NCBI GenBank assembly: GCA_035488835.1
Contig: DATHKX010000117.1
Location: 11,971 to 75,970, forward strand
From: Gemmatimonadales bacterium
Lineage (GTDB): Bacteria; Gemmatimonadota; Gemmatimonadetes; Gemmatimonadales; GWC2-71-9
Direction of reading: 5' to 3'
Length of the DNA stretch: 64,000 bases
The notes beneath the pieces are model-generated. The model had not been told where the DNA came from. It saw only the letters and a program-made list of their open reading frames with translations, and ran no database searches. Below, in pieces: positions 1-8,482 of the stretch; position 1 is the first letter of the stretch, and every line of letters begins with the position of its first letter. Both the position numbers and the translations under genes were made by a program.

Positions 1-401
1 AACTTGTGCGCCGCCGGCGCGAGCGGGACGAGCTCACCCAGATAGTTTGCGAACGCCACCGCGAGCGTCGCGGTCCCGCCGGTGTTGATCGCCAGGAACA
101 GCGTCCAGCCGAGCAGGAAGGCGGGGAGCGGGCCGAACGCTTCGCGCACGTAGGTATAGCTTCCGCCGGCGTCGGGCAGCATGGCGCCGAGCTCGCCGAA
201 CGTGAGCGCGCCCAGCAGCGCGAGCACGCTGCCCAGGAGCCAGACGAGCAGCGCCACACCCAGGTCTCCGCCGGACTGGCGCAGCACCGCGCCCGGCACC
301 GTGAAGATCCCTGAGCCGATCGTCGTACCGACCACAATGAGAACCAGGTCGCGCAGCGTGAGCACACGGGCGAGCTGCTGCGGGGCCGCCGGCGCGGACA
401 C
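1..401 (-). CDS. APC-family amino acid permease, N-terminal part (3' end lies outside the window)
   Basis: Not in the ORF track because it runs off the window. My reverse-strand translation from GTG at 401 gives MSAPAAPQQLARVLTLRDLVLIVVGTTIGSGIFTVPGAV...GELGAMLPDAGGSYTYVREAFGP, the typical APC permease N-terminal TM1/TM2 signature. Confidence 0.7.
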   Translation of the reverse strand, partial: MSAPAAPQQLARVLTLRDLVLIVVGTTIGSGIFTVPGAVLRQSGGDLGVALLVWLLGSVLALLGALTFGELGAMLPDAGGSYTYVREAFGPLPAFLLGWTLFLAINTGGTATLAVAFANYLGELVPLAPAAHK

Positions 402-403
402 GG

Positions 404-1441
404 TCAGAGCTGCGCGGCGATGGCCGCCGCGACGTCGCGGGTTCCGGCCTTCCCGCCGATATCCGGCGTCCGCACCCCCGCGGCGAGCGTCGCCCGTACC
501 GCCCGCTCGAGGTCGCGGGCCGCGCCGGGAGCGCCGAGCTGCTCGAGCATCAGCGCACCGGTGAGCACGGCCGCCATCGGGTTGGCGAGCCCCTTGCCCG
601 CGAGCGGCGGCGCCGAGCCGTGCACCGGTTCGAACAACCCAGCTGCTCGGCGGCCAGGGTGGAGATTGGCGCTGGCCGCGAGCCCCAGCCCGCCGACCAG
701 CGCGGCGCCCAGGTCGGACAGGATGTCGCCGTACAGGTTGTTGGTGACGATGACCTGGAAGCGCTCCGGCTCGCGCACCAGCTCCATCGCCAGCGCGTCC
801 ACGTAGCGGTGCTCGGCTGCGATCGCGCCGAACTCGGCGGCGACCCGCTTGAACGTCTCCTGCCAGATTTTGTGCGCGGGTACCGCGTTCGCTTTGTCGC
901 TCATCGTAACGCGGGTCTTGCCGTGATCCTGCGCCCACGCGAAGGCGGCGCGGATGATCCGCTCCACGCCCTTCGCCGTGTTGATCTCTTCGGCCACGTA
1001 CTCATCGCCGCCGATCCGCCCCCGACCGAGATACACGCCTTCGGTGTTCTCACGGAAGATCACGAAGTCGATACGCCGGCCGTTGCCTCGCAGGGGAGTG
1101 AGGTCGGGATGCAGCAGCGTCACCGGACGAAAGTTGACGTAGAGATCGAGGCGGAACCGGAGTCCCAGCAGGATGTCCCGTGCGTGCTCGTTGCCCGGTA
1201 CGCGCGGGTCGCCGATCGCGCCGAGCAGGATGGCGTCCGCGTCGTCGCGCAGCTGGTCGAACGCCTGGTCGGGGAGTGTTTCCCCGGTCTTGAGGTAGTG
1301 ATCGGCGCCGTACGGCAGGCGCTCGAACTGGAGCGCGATCGCGTGCTGCGACGCCGCGCGGTCGATCAGGGGGATCGCCGCCTCGATCACTTCGGGGCCT
1401 ATCCCGTCCCCCGCAATCACCGCGATCCTGCAGCGTCTCAC
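404..1441 (-). CDS. isopropylmalate/isocitrate/tartrate dehydrogenase family enzyme (LeuB-like)
   Basis: Track ORF 404..1603. Motifs IAVIAGDGIGPEV and NNLYGDILSD. Start trimmed to GTG 1441, which overlaps the upstream stop (GTGA). Confidence 0.8.
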   Translation of the reverse strand: MRRCRIAVIAGDGIGPEVIEAAIPLIDRAASQHAIALQFERLPYGADHYLKTGETLPDQAFDQLRDDADAILLGAIGDPRVPGNEHARDILLGLRFRLDLYVNFRPVTLLHPDLTPLRGNGRRIDFVIFRENTEGVYLGRGRIGGDEYVAEEINTAKGVERIIRAAFAWAQDHGKTRVTMSDKANAVPAHKIWQETFKRVAAEFGAIAAEHRYVDALAMELVREPERFQVIVTNNLYGDILSDLGAALVGGLGLAASANLHPGRRAAGLFEPVHGSAPPLAGKGLANPMAAVLTGALMLEQLGAPGAARDLERAVRATLAAGVRTPDIGGKAGTRDVAAAIAAQL

Positions 1442-2100
1442 TCGAAGCCCGTCGCGCGGCCGCAGCTCACGCAGTAGCGCCAGCCCACGTCCATTTCGAC
1501 GCCGCACGCCGGGCAGCGCAGCTCTCCCGAAGGCGGCTGCCCGCACTGGGGACAGAAGTTCACTTTGCGGCTGCCGGGCAGCGTCTCGCCGCAGTAGGGG
1601 CACTGGCGTGGCGTCTCACTCTGCTCGGCGAGCTCGAACGCCGCGCCTGCAAGCGAAGGCTTTTCGCTGTGATCTTCCTCCCCATCGGCCGCCTCGGCCG
1701 ATTCGGGTGGTGGCGCCAGCGGGGGCGGCGGGGGCGGGGCGTAGGCCCGGTCGCCTCGCAGGAACCGCTCGGCGGCGAGCCGGTTGAGGCTCAGGATCGC
1801 GTCGGGGAACTGGCGGAACAGCGCGGTGTCGGGATTCGACTCACCCGCTTCGCGCTGCAGCGCGTCCTGCACCTCGGCCGGCTCGAGCGACGCGTAGCCG
1901 CGCTCGCCCGCCAGCAGCCGCAGCACCGCCATCTCGTAGTCTTGATGCGTCGCCACCTTGAGGATGGACCGGTTCGAGCGGTAGGGCACGAGCCGCTCAT
2001 ACACCTCGGCGGCGGGGAACGGCACGGCGAGTCGCCCCGGCGCGTCGTCCGCCAGGACGCTCACCAGCCGCTCGAACAACCGATCCAGGTCGTCCGGCAT
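1438..2100 (-). CDS. hypothetical protein with Pro-rich linker and C-terminal double zinc ribbon
   Basis: Track ORF 220 aa with four CxxC pairs at the C-terminus (CPYCG, CPQCG, CPACG, CVSCG). Its ATG overlaps the upstream stop (TAATG). Confidence 0.6.
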   Translation of the reverse strand: MPDDLDRLFERLVSVLADDAPGRLAVPFPAAEVYERLVPYRSNRSILKVATHQDYEMAVLRLLAGERGYASLEPAEVQDALQREAGESNPDTALFRQFPDAILSLNRLAAERFLRGDRAYAPPPPPPLAPPPESAEAADGEEDHSEKPSLAGAAFELAEQSETPRQCPYCGETLPGSRKVNFCPQCGQPPSGELRCPACGVEMDVGWRYCVSCGRATGFE

Positions 2101-3161
2101 TACCGTACGATGACCGTGCCCTTCATGAAGGGATGCGGCGTGCAGTGGTACGTGTACGTGCCCGGCTTGTCGAAGCGGTGGACGTAGGAGCCATTCGGCG
2201 GAATCGGCGGCGATCCCGGCTCGGTGCCGTCAAACGTGACGGTGTGCTCCAGCGGGTCGCGGTTGGTCCAGCGCACCGCCTGCCCGGCGGAGATGGTGAC
2301 GGTCTCGCCCGCGAACTTGATGGAAGCCATGTCGACCTGCGCCGCGATCGCGGCGCCGGCCGGCGCGCCGAGCGTGACGGGTTTGGGAGCGCGATGGAAC
2401 CAGGGGCTGAACCGCTTCAAGTGGAGCGGGATCGTGAACTCGAAGCCGTAGAGAACGTTCTTCGGAGACGCGATGCCCTGAGATGCGCCCTGGATCGAGG
2501 CGCTGGTAGCGTTACTCGCATGAAACGAAAACGTGTGCGGGGACCCCGGAATCAAGAAGTTGATCGCCGCGCTCCAAGCCGCGCGCACAGTGGGGCTCAC
2601 GAACGAGCCCACGTCCGCGCTGACACCGACGTACGGATTCAGGCGTGCGTTGAACCCGCCTGCAAACGCCGTCGCCCCATTTCCCGACTGCCCAAGGCGG
2701 CGCGACATAGCGCGAGCGGCGCCGTGCAAGGTCAGCGGGCCTTGCGTCCAATCGACTCCGACCTCTCCGTCCACACTCTTGGCGAGGAAGTTGTAAGCCG
2801 GCGTCACCGCGACAGCGAAGCCGGGCTGGCCTTCGGCGCCGTGTAGTCGCCAGCGGCCGTACACCTCAGTCTCATTGGTCGACTGGGCGCCGTTGCCCAG
2901 GCCAACAATCGACCTGGTCGCGAACTGTGCGCCGAAGGCCACTTGATGGCCGAAACCGGCCGCGAGGGTGAAGTTCGGAAAGTTGACCACCGCGTGCGAG
3001 GGCCCCGGGGCCACGTAGAAGCGGTGCACGAAGTTGAACTGCACCACGCCCGGGTCGGGGACCCAGGTACCGCCCAGGTTCGGCGGCCGGTACAAGAGCG
3101 ATTGCGCGCGAAGCGGTGCGGCGGCCGCGAGCGCAAGCAGAGCCAACGAAACGCGCTTCAT
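2100..3161 (-). CDS. secreted two-domain protein: beta-rich porin-like N-domain plus C-terminal type-1 copper cupredoxin domain
   Basis: Start trimmed to ATG 3161 (MKRVSLALLALAAAAPLRAQ signal peptide, GGGAGG RBS upstream). The C-terminus has blue-copper ligand spacing: EHTV...YTYHCTPHPFMKGTVIV. Confidence 0.7.
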   Translation of the reverse strand: MKRVSLALLALAAAAPLRAQSLLYRPPNLGGTWVPDPGVVQFNFVHRFYVAPGPSHAVVNFPNFTLAAGFGHQVAFGAQFATRSIVGLGNGAQSTNETEVYGRWRLHGAEGQPGFAVAVTPAYNFLAKSVDGEVGVDWTQGPLTLHGAARAMSRRLGQSGNGATAFAGGFNARLNPYVGVSADVGSFVSPTVRAAWSAAINFLIPGSPHTFSFHASNATSASIQGASQGIASPKNVLYGFEFTIPLHLKRFSPWFHRAPKPVTLGAPAGAAIAAQVDMASIKFAGETVTISAGQAVRWTNRDPLEHTVTFDGTEPGSPPIPPNGSYVHRFDKPGTYTYHCTPHPFMKGTVIVR

Positions 3162-3227
3162 AACGTGAGCCTCCCTGGCTATGGACGTTCGATCAGACAG
3201 GTCTCCATCCCGCACTCCGCACTTCAT

Positions 3228-3731
3228 TTACCGCCAGTCGCGAACCCATTTGTCGTACAGTACCGGGACGACGCCTCCCTGCTGGAGCACCTCGATGCCC
3301 GAGGGGTCGCGGTAGGCCTTCCGGTAGAAGGTGTGCGTCACGCCCGAGTTGATGATCAACTTCGCGCACATCACGCAGGGGGAGGCGCTCACGAAGACGA
3401 CCTTGTCGCGCACGCTGCCCGGGGCCTTCACGAGCGCGTTCATCTCCGAGTGAATGCACCCGCAGCTTCCCGGCACCGCGGAATCACACCGGTTGGGCAG
3501 GCCGCGCGCGTTGCCGTTGTAGCCGATCGCGAGCACGTTCTCGAGCACCTGGTCCGTCACGACGGTCCCCACCTGCAGCCGCGCGCAGGTGGAGCGCTTG
3601 GCCAGCTCCTCGGCCATGCGCATGTACACCTCGTACAGCGGGATGCGGTCAACGGGCGGTGCGGCAGCGCCCTCGGGCAGCACGTTGAGGAAGTGCGTGT
3701 TCGCCGGCACCCCGTCCTTAAAGACACTCAT
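3228..3731 (-). CDS. dCMP/cytidine deaminase family zinc enzyme (ComEB-like)
   Basis: MSVFKDG start at ATG 3731 overlaps the rnhA stop (ATGA). Zinc motifs CIHSEMNA and SPCVMCAK. The upstream part of track ORF 3228..4175 is a shadow frame. Confidence 0.85.
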   Translation of the reverse strand: MSVFKDGVPANTHFLNVLPEGAAAPPVDRIPLYEVYMRMAEELAKRSTCARLQVGTVVTDQVLENVLAIGYNGNARGLPNRCDSAVPGSCGCIHSEMNALVKAPGSVRDKVVFVSASPCVMCAKLIINSGVTHTFYRKAYRDPSGIEVLQQGGVVPVLYDKWVRDWR

Positions 3732-4312
3732 GCAGCTTCCTGATCCGGATCGTAGTTCGCATAGCGTCCCCGCGCGCGCTCCTGGGCGAGCCAGCTGTCG
3801 AACCCCGACGGTACCAGACCGTTCGAGCGCTCTTGCCGCTCCGCGGCGCGGGTGGCGAGGACGTCGGCGTACTCGTTCTTGGCGTGACCCGCATGGCCCT
3901 CGATCCAGCGCCACTCGACCTGGTGTGCCGCCGCGGCTTGGACCAGTTTCTTCCAGAGCTCCTGATTCTCTAGCACTCCGCCCTTGCGCTTCCACCCGCG
4001 TGCTTCCCATCCCGCTACCCACTCGCTCATCCCCTTGACGAGGTACTGCGAGTCGGAAACGTACACGACGCGGGCGTGCCGCCACTGGCGGCGGATCCAT
4101 TCCAAGGTGGCGATCGCCCCGGCCAGGGCCATCTTGTTGTTCGTCGTCTGCGGGGACGATTCGTAGAAGTCCCACCGCGCCACGCTGTCTCCGGCGGGCG
4201 CCTCGATCAGCGCGGCGTTCCCGCCGGGGCTCGGTTTGGAGCTGTCGTTGCCCAGGCAGCTCTCATCGGCGTGGACCAGGACGCGGGGCCCCCCCGCGGG
4301 CGCGCCGGCCAT
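3728..4312 (-). CDS. rnhA: ribonuclease HI
   Basis: Track ORF 194 aa with RNase H motifs VHADESC, SDSQYLVKG and IEGHAGHAKNEYAD. Confidence 0.85.
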   Translation of the reverse strand: MAGAPAGGPRVLVHADESCLGNDSSKPSPGGNAALIEAPAGDSVARWDFYESSPQTTNNKMALAGAIATLEWIRRQWRHARVVYVSDSQYLVKGMSEWVAGWEARGWKRKGGVLENQELWKKLVQAAAAHQVEWRWIEGHAGHAKNEYADVLATRAAERQERSNGLVPSGFDSWLAQERARGRYANYDPDQEAA

Positions 4313-4313
4313 G

Positions 4314-5066
4314 TCAGGGCTGGATGACCACCGGAATGTCGGTGTGTCGCAGGATTTCCTCCGCGTGCGATACGACCACCTCGCTGGGCCGGCCCTCGAC
4401 GTGACTCATGTGCGCCCCGGCGAACAGCGCGTCGCAGCGGATCCGCTTGATGACCCGGGCCACGACTTCGCCCGGCGTTCCCGATTCCACGTGCGTGACG
4501 AACGCCACCCGCTGCATCGACAGCGTCGCCTCCGCCACGCCCACGACCTTGAGCCCCGCCTCGTGATCGTCGCTCGCATGGATGAGGTGAACCGTGCTCC
4601 CGGCCACGCTCGCGAACTGCATCGCCACTTCGAGGGCCCTGCGGCTCGTGTCGCGCCCGTCGAAGGCGACCGCGATCGACTGCATGGGCGATGGCAGACC
4701 GCCGCACACGATGACGCAACGCTCGGCGATGCGGATCAGCGAGATCACGGTCGGACCGAGCGCGCCGCCCCTGGTGATCATCCCGCGACGCCCCACCAGC
4801 ACCGCGTCCGCCGTCTTGGCGAGCTCGGCGAGCTCTACGTCCGCATCGCCGGTCAGCTCGGTCGCCTCGACGTGCAGGCCCGCCGCCAGCACCCGCTCGC
4901 CCGCCCGGTCGAGCATCGCGGGGCCGTCGGTCTCGTGTCCGTGGGGCTCGCGCACGTGGGCCACGATGATCGTGCTCCCGAACCGCTTTCCGAGCAGCAC
5001 CGCCTGCTCGAACGCCGCATCGGCCCGCGGGCTGCCGTCGAGTCCCACCAGCAGACGCGTGAACAC
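4314..5066 (-). CDS. tandem universal stress protein (UspA family)
   Basis: Track ORF 250 aa containing two Usp-like halves (LLVGLDGS..., VLVGRRG; IAVAFDGR...). Confidence 0.8.
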   Translation of the reverse strand: MFTRLLVGLDGSPRADAAFEQAVLLGKRFGSTIIVAHVREPHGHETDGPAMLDRAGERVLAAGLHVEATELTGDADVELAELAKTADAVLVGRRGMITRGGALGPTVISLIRIAERCVIVCGGLPSPMQSIAVAFDGRDTSRRALEVAMQFASVAGSTVHLIHASDDHEAGLKVVGVAEATLSMQRVAFVTHVESGTPGEVVARVIKRIRCDALFAGAHMSHVEGRPSEVVVSHAEEILRHTDIPVVIQP

Positions 5067-5068
5067 GG

Positions 5069-5308
5069 CTAGGGCAGCACCGCGAACGATTCGAGCTCGC
5101 GCAGCGGGAACGCCAGCACCTCACCCGTCATCGGCAACCTCCCCTGCAGCGCCTCGTCGCGCGCCAGCGTATTGAGTCCCTCGGCGACGACCACATACTC
5201 CGTCCCGCGGCGCCGCAGCGCTACCCTCCGCCGCTCCCGCACGGCCTGTTCGAGCGCATCGAGCGCGTCGGGAGTGAGACTCCGGAACTCGCGAATCGCG
5301 CTCTTCAC
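5069..5308 (-). CDS. small hypothetical protein (79 aa)
   Basis: Fills the gap between selD and usp exactly. GTG start 7 nt after the selD stop, GC3-rich. No recognisable motif and no clear RBS. Confidence 0.4.
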   Translation of the reverse strand: MKSAIREFRSLTPDALDALEQAVRERRRVALRRRGTEYVVVAEGLNTLARDEALQGRLPMTGEVLAFPLRELESFAVLP

Positions 5309-5315
5309 GGCGGCA

Positions 5316-6356
5316 TCACACCACGGTGATCGCGCCGGGCGTCCCGGTTACCACCCGACCGATCACCGCCGCCGCGGGGGTCGCTTCGCGGCCCAGCGCC
5401 GCCACGAGCGCGTCCGCGCGCTCCGCCGCCACGGCGATCAGCAGCCCGCCCGAGGTCTGGGCGTCCGCGAGCAGCACGCGCGCCGTCTGGTCCACGCCGG
5501 CCCCGAAGCGGACCGCGTCGGCGACGCTTGCGGCGTTCCGCTCGGTGCCGCCGGGGATCGCCCCACGCTCGGCGGCCTCGCGCGCGCGCGGCAACAGCGG
5601 CACGGCCGCCGCGCGCACCTCTGCCGCCACCCCGCTCGCCTCGAGCAGCGTCCGCAGGTGGCCCAGCAGCCCGAATCCGGTCACGTCGGTCGCGGCGTGC
5701 ACACCGACGGCCAGCATGGCGCGCGCCGCGCCGGCGTTGAGCGTGGTCATCGCGGTGACGGCGGGCGCCACGTCGGCTTCAGTCAGCAAATCGCGCTTGA
5801 GCGCCGTGGTCAGCACGCCGGTGCCGAGCGGCTTGGTCAGCACCAGCGCATCGCCGGCTCGCGCGCCGGCGTTCGTGACGATCCGGTCGGGGTGCACCTC
5901 TCCGATCGCCGCCATCCCGTATTTCGGCTCGGGGTCGTCCACCGAGTGCCCGCCCAACACGAACGCGCTCGCCGCGCGCGCGACGTCGGCCCCCCCCCGC
6001 AGCACTTCGCCCAGCAGCTCGAACGGCAGCTTGTCGCGTGGCCACCCCACGAGGTTGAGCGCGAACAGCGGCGTCGCGCCCATCGCGTACAGGTCCGAGA
6101 ATGCGTTGGTCGCGGCGATGCGGCCGAAGTCGTACGGATCGTCCACGATCGGCGTGAAAAAGTCCACCGTCGCCACGATCGCGCGATCCGGCGCCATCTG
6201 GAAGACGGCGGCGTCGTCGCGGCTCGAGGCGTCGACGAGGATCCGGGGATCCGTCGCGACCGGCACGTGGCGCAAGACCTGCGCCAACTCGGATGATCCG
6301 AGTTTGCAGGCTCAGCCCGCGCCGTGCGAGTAGCGCGTCAGCCGGATGGCGGTCAT
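5316..6356 (-). CDS. selD: selenide, water dikinase (selenophosphate synthetase) with in-frame UGA = selenocysteine at 6314..6312
   Basis: Track ORF 5316..6287 has the SelD core (DFFTPIVDDPYDFGRIAATNAFSDLYAMG, TDVTGFGLLGH). The same frame continues upstream as MTAIRLTRYSHGAG-TGA-ACKLGSSELAQVL from ATG 6356. The TGA sits where SelD has its active-site Cys/Sec (E. coli GAGCGCK). Confidence 0.85.
6278..6310 (-). promoter_or_regulatory. candidate SECIS hairpin immediately 3' of the selD UGA
   Basis: mRNA sense: UGA-G-CCUGC-A-AACUCGGA-UCA-UCCGAGUU-GGC-GCAGG. An 8-bp inner stem plus a 5-bp outer stem. Confidence 0.45.
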
Positions 6357-6359
6357 GGG

Positions 6360-6383
6360 TTCGGTAGACATGGGTCTACCGAA
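6360..6383 (-). promoter_or_regulatory. perfect 10-bp stem / 4-nt loop hairpin in the 33-nt spacer just upstream of the selD ATG
   Basis: TTCGGTAGAC-ATGG-GTCTACCGAA. It ends 3 nt before the selD start codon. No SD-like sequence is visible. Confidence 0.5.
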
Positions 6384-6389
6384 GATACC

Positions 6390-6770
6390 CTATCCGAGTC
6401 TCCAGGCGAGAATGGCGCCGGCGCCGACGTAACGGGCGAGATCGCCACAGGCTCCAGCGACGCGGGCCCGGCGCGGCAACTCGGAGGGGGGCGACAACCA
6501 CATCGGGACAGTCGCGATCGCTCCGACGAGCAGGAATAGCAGCCACCAGCCACCGCTCCCGAGGGAGTCGAACCACAGCGAGGCGAACAGAGTGAGCAAT
6601 CCGGCCTCGACGAGCCGCCACTTGAGGAGGGGGTGCGCCACGGCCACCCACACGCCGGACTGGCCGGCGGGCCTCCACACCGCGGCCACGAGCAGTGGGA
6701 TCGCGTGCGTCGCCACGATGAACCATACGGCGACGGGCACCCACGCCAGCACCAGCCGCCCGAGCGTCAC
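6390..6770 (-). CDS. small integral membrane protein, unknown function
   Basis: Track ORF 126 aa with about 4 hydrophobic segments. GTG start overlaps the upstream stop (GTGA). Confidence 0.55.
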   Translation of the reverse strand: MTLGRLVLAWVPVAVWFIVATHAIPLLVAAVWRPAGQSGVWVAVAHPLLKWRLVEAGLLTLFASLWFDSLGSGGWWLLFLLVGAIATVPMWLSPPSELPRRARVAGACGDLARYVGAGAILAWRLG

Positions 6771-8482
6771 TTCTTGCCGCGCTGCTCCGGCGCCACGTAT
6801 CCGGGCCCGCGCAGGCCGCGGCCGGGGCGCGCCGCCGTGAGCTTCCCGTGGTCCAGCACTTTCTGCCCGTTCACGAACACGTACGCAAACCCGACCGATG
6901 GCTGGTGCGGCTGCTCGAACGTCGCCTTGTCGGCCACGGTCGCGGGATCGAACACCGTCACGTCGGCCGCCATCCCGGACTTGAGCAGTCCGCGGTCGGA
7001 CAGTCCGACGCGCTGAGCGGCCAGCGCCGTCATCTTATGCACCGCGAACTCGACCGGGAAGAGCTTTTCGTCGCGCGCGTAGCGGCCCAGGATCCGGGCG
7101 AAGGTGCCGTAGGCGCGCGGGTGTGCGGACTGCGTCCCCAGGGGTCCGTCCGGCGCCACGCCCGGGAAGTCGGTGTTCACCGCCACCCACCAGGTCTTCA
7201 TGGCGGCCCGCACGTCCGGTTCGCTCATCAAGAAGTAGACGGCGTCCGTGCGATGGCCGCCCTCCGCGACCACGATGTCGAAGATGGTCTCGATGGGGTC
7301 CCGGTGGCGAGCGGCCGCGATCTCGCTGATCCGCTTTGCCTGCATGTAGCGGAGCGAGTCCTGGAACACGCCCGTGATCAGGATGCCACTGCCGCCGCCG
7401 GCTTCGTTGTAGAACCCCTCCGTCCCGTCGGTGGGGCGGAGCATCTCCGCGTGGATGCGTGCTCGTGTCTCGGGATCACGCAGCCGCACCAGCAGCGAGT
7501 CCCACCCGCCGCTCTCGGCCCACGTCGGAATCGTGGCATCGAGCGATGTCGCCCCCGCGATATAAGGATACTGGTCGGCGGTCACGTCGAGCCCCGCCGC
7601 CCGCGCCGAGTCGATCCGGGCGAGCACCCGGGCCATCCGGCCCCAGCTCGCGCGCCCCGCGAGCTTCAGGTGCGAGATCTCGGCGGGGATGTCCGCTTCG
7701 CGCGCGATACGGAATACTTCGTCCAGCGCATCGTCGATCCGGATTCCCTCGTTCCGCATGTGTGACGCGTAGATGCCGCCGTGGCGCCGGGCCGCCTTGG
7801 CGAGCGCGATGATCTCCTCGGTCTTGGAATAACTCGCCGGGGCGTATTCCAGCGCGGTCCAGACGCCCAGCGCTCCCTGCTCCATCAGCGTATCCACGAT
7901 GGCCGACATGTGCGCGAGCTCGAGCGCAGTCGGCTGCCGGTTCTCCTTGCCCACCACCGCGAGGCGCACCTGGGTCGCGCCGACGAACGTCGCGATGTTC
8001 AGCGCCGATCCCTGCTTCCCGAGCTGCGCGAAGTAGCCGTCCAGGTCGCGCCAGTCCTCGCGATAGTGCCACTTCTTCATGGCATCCGAGTCGTCCACCA
8101 CCAGGCGGTCGGTCAGGGGGGCCACGGACCCGCCTTCGCCGGTGACTTCGGTGGTGACGCCCTGGGTGATCTTGCTGAACAGGCGGCTGTCGATCAGGGC
8201 GTAGATCTCGGACTGGCCCATCATGTCGATGAAGCCGGGCGCCACGACCAGCCCGCGCACGTCCAGGGTCTCTCGAGCCGCCGCCCCGTTCAGGAATCCG
8301 ACGGCCGCAATGCGGTCGCCCCGGATGGCGACATCGCCCCGGTAGCGGGGGTTGCCGCTGCCGTCCACGATCCACCCGTTCCGGAGCACGAGGTCGAAGG
8401 GACCTTTCCCGTTTCCCGCTTCCCGTTTCCCGCAACCACCGAGCACGACGATGGCGGCGAGAGCCAACGTCATTTTGTCCAT
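6767..8482 (-). CDS. D-aminoacylase / N-acyl-D-amino-acid deacylase family amidohydrolase (lipoprotein)
   Basis: C-terminal 571 aa of track ORF 6767..9916. ATG 8482 has an AGGAGA RBS and a lipobox (VVLGGC). Family-typical motif APGFIDMMGQSE. Confidence 0.85.
   Translation of the reverse strand: MDKMTLALAAIVVLGGCGKREAGNGKGPFDLVLRNGWIVDGSGNPRYRGDVAIRGDRIAAVGFLNGAAARETLDVRGLVVAPGFIDMMGQSEIYALIDSRLFSKITQGVTTEVTGEGGSVAPLTDRLVVDDSDAMKKWHYREDWRDLDGYFAQLGKQGSALNIATFVGATQVRLAVVGKENRQPTALELAHMSAIVDTLMEQGALGVWTALEYAPASYSKTEEIIALAKAARRHGGIYASHMRNEGIRIDDALDEVFRIAREADIPAEISHLKLAGRASWGRMARVLARIDSARAAGLDVTADQYPYIAGATSLDATIPTWAESGGWDSLLVRLRDPETRARIHAEMLRPTDGTEGFYNEAGGGSGILITGVFQDSLRYMQAKRISEIAAARHRDPIETIFDIVVAEGGHRTDAVYFLMSEPDVRAAMKTWWVAVNTDFPGVAPDGPLGTQSAHPRAYGTFARILGRYARDEKLFPVEFAVHKMTALAAQRVGLSDRGLLKSGMAADVTVFDPATVADKATFEQPHQPSVGFAYVFVNGQKVLDHGKLTAARPGRGLRGPGYVAPEQRGKK
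8405..8432. repeat. 4 x 7-nt tandem repeat (TTTCCCG / CTTCCCG)
   Basis: Read directly. It lies in the lipoprotein linker (GKREAGNGKG) of the D-aminoacylase. Confidence 0.8.

Noticed and set aside
6-564. Plus-strand track ORFs 6..314 and 181..564 at the window start
   Set aside because: Their translations are low-complexity (R/E/A-rich and S/P/R-rich). The opposite strand encodes a textbook APC permease N-terminus and the end of the LeuB-like gene.
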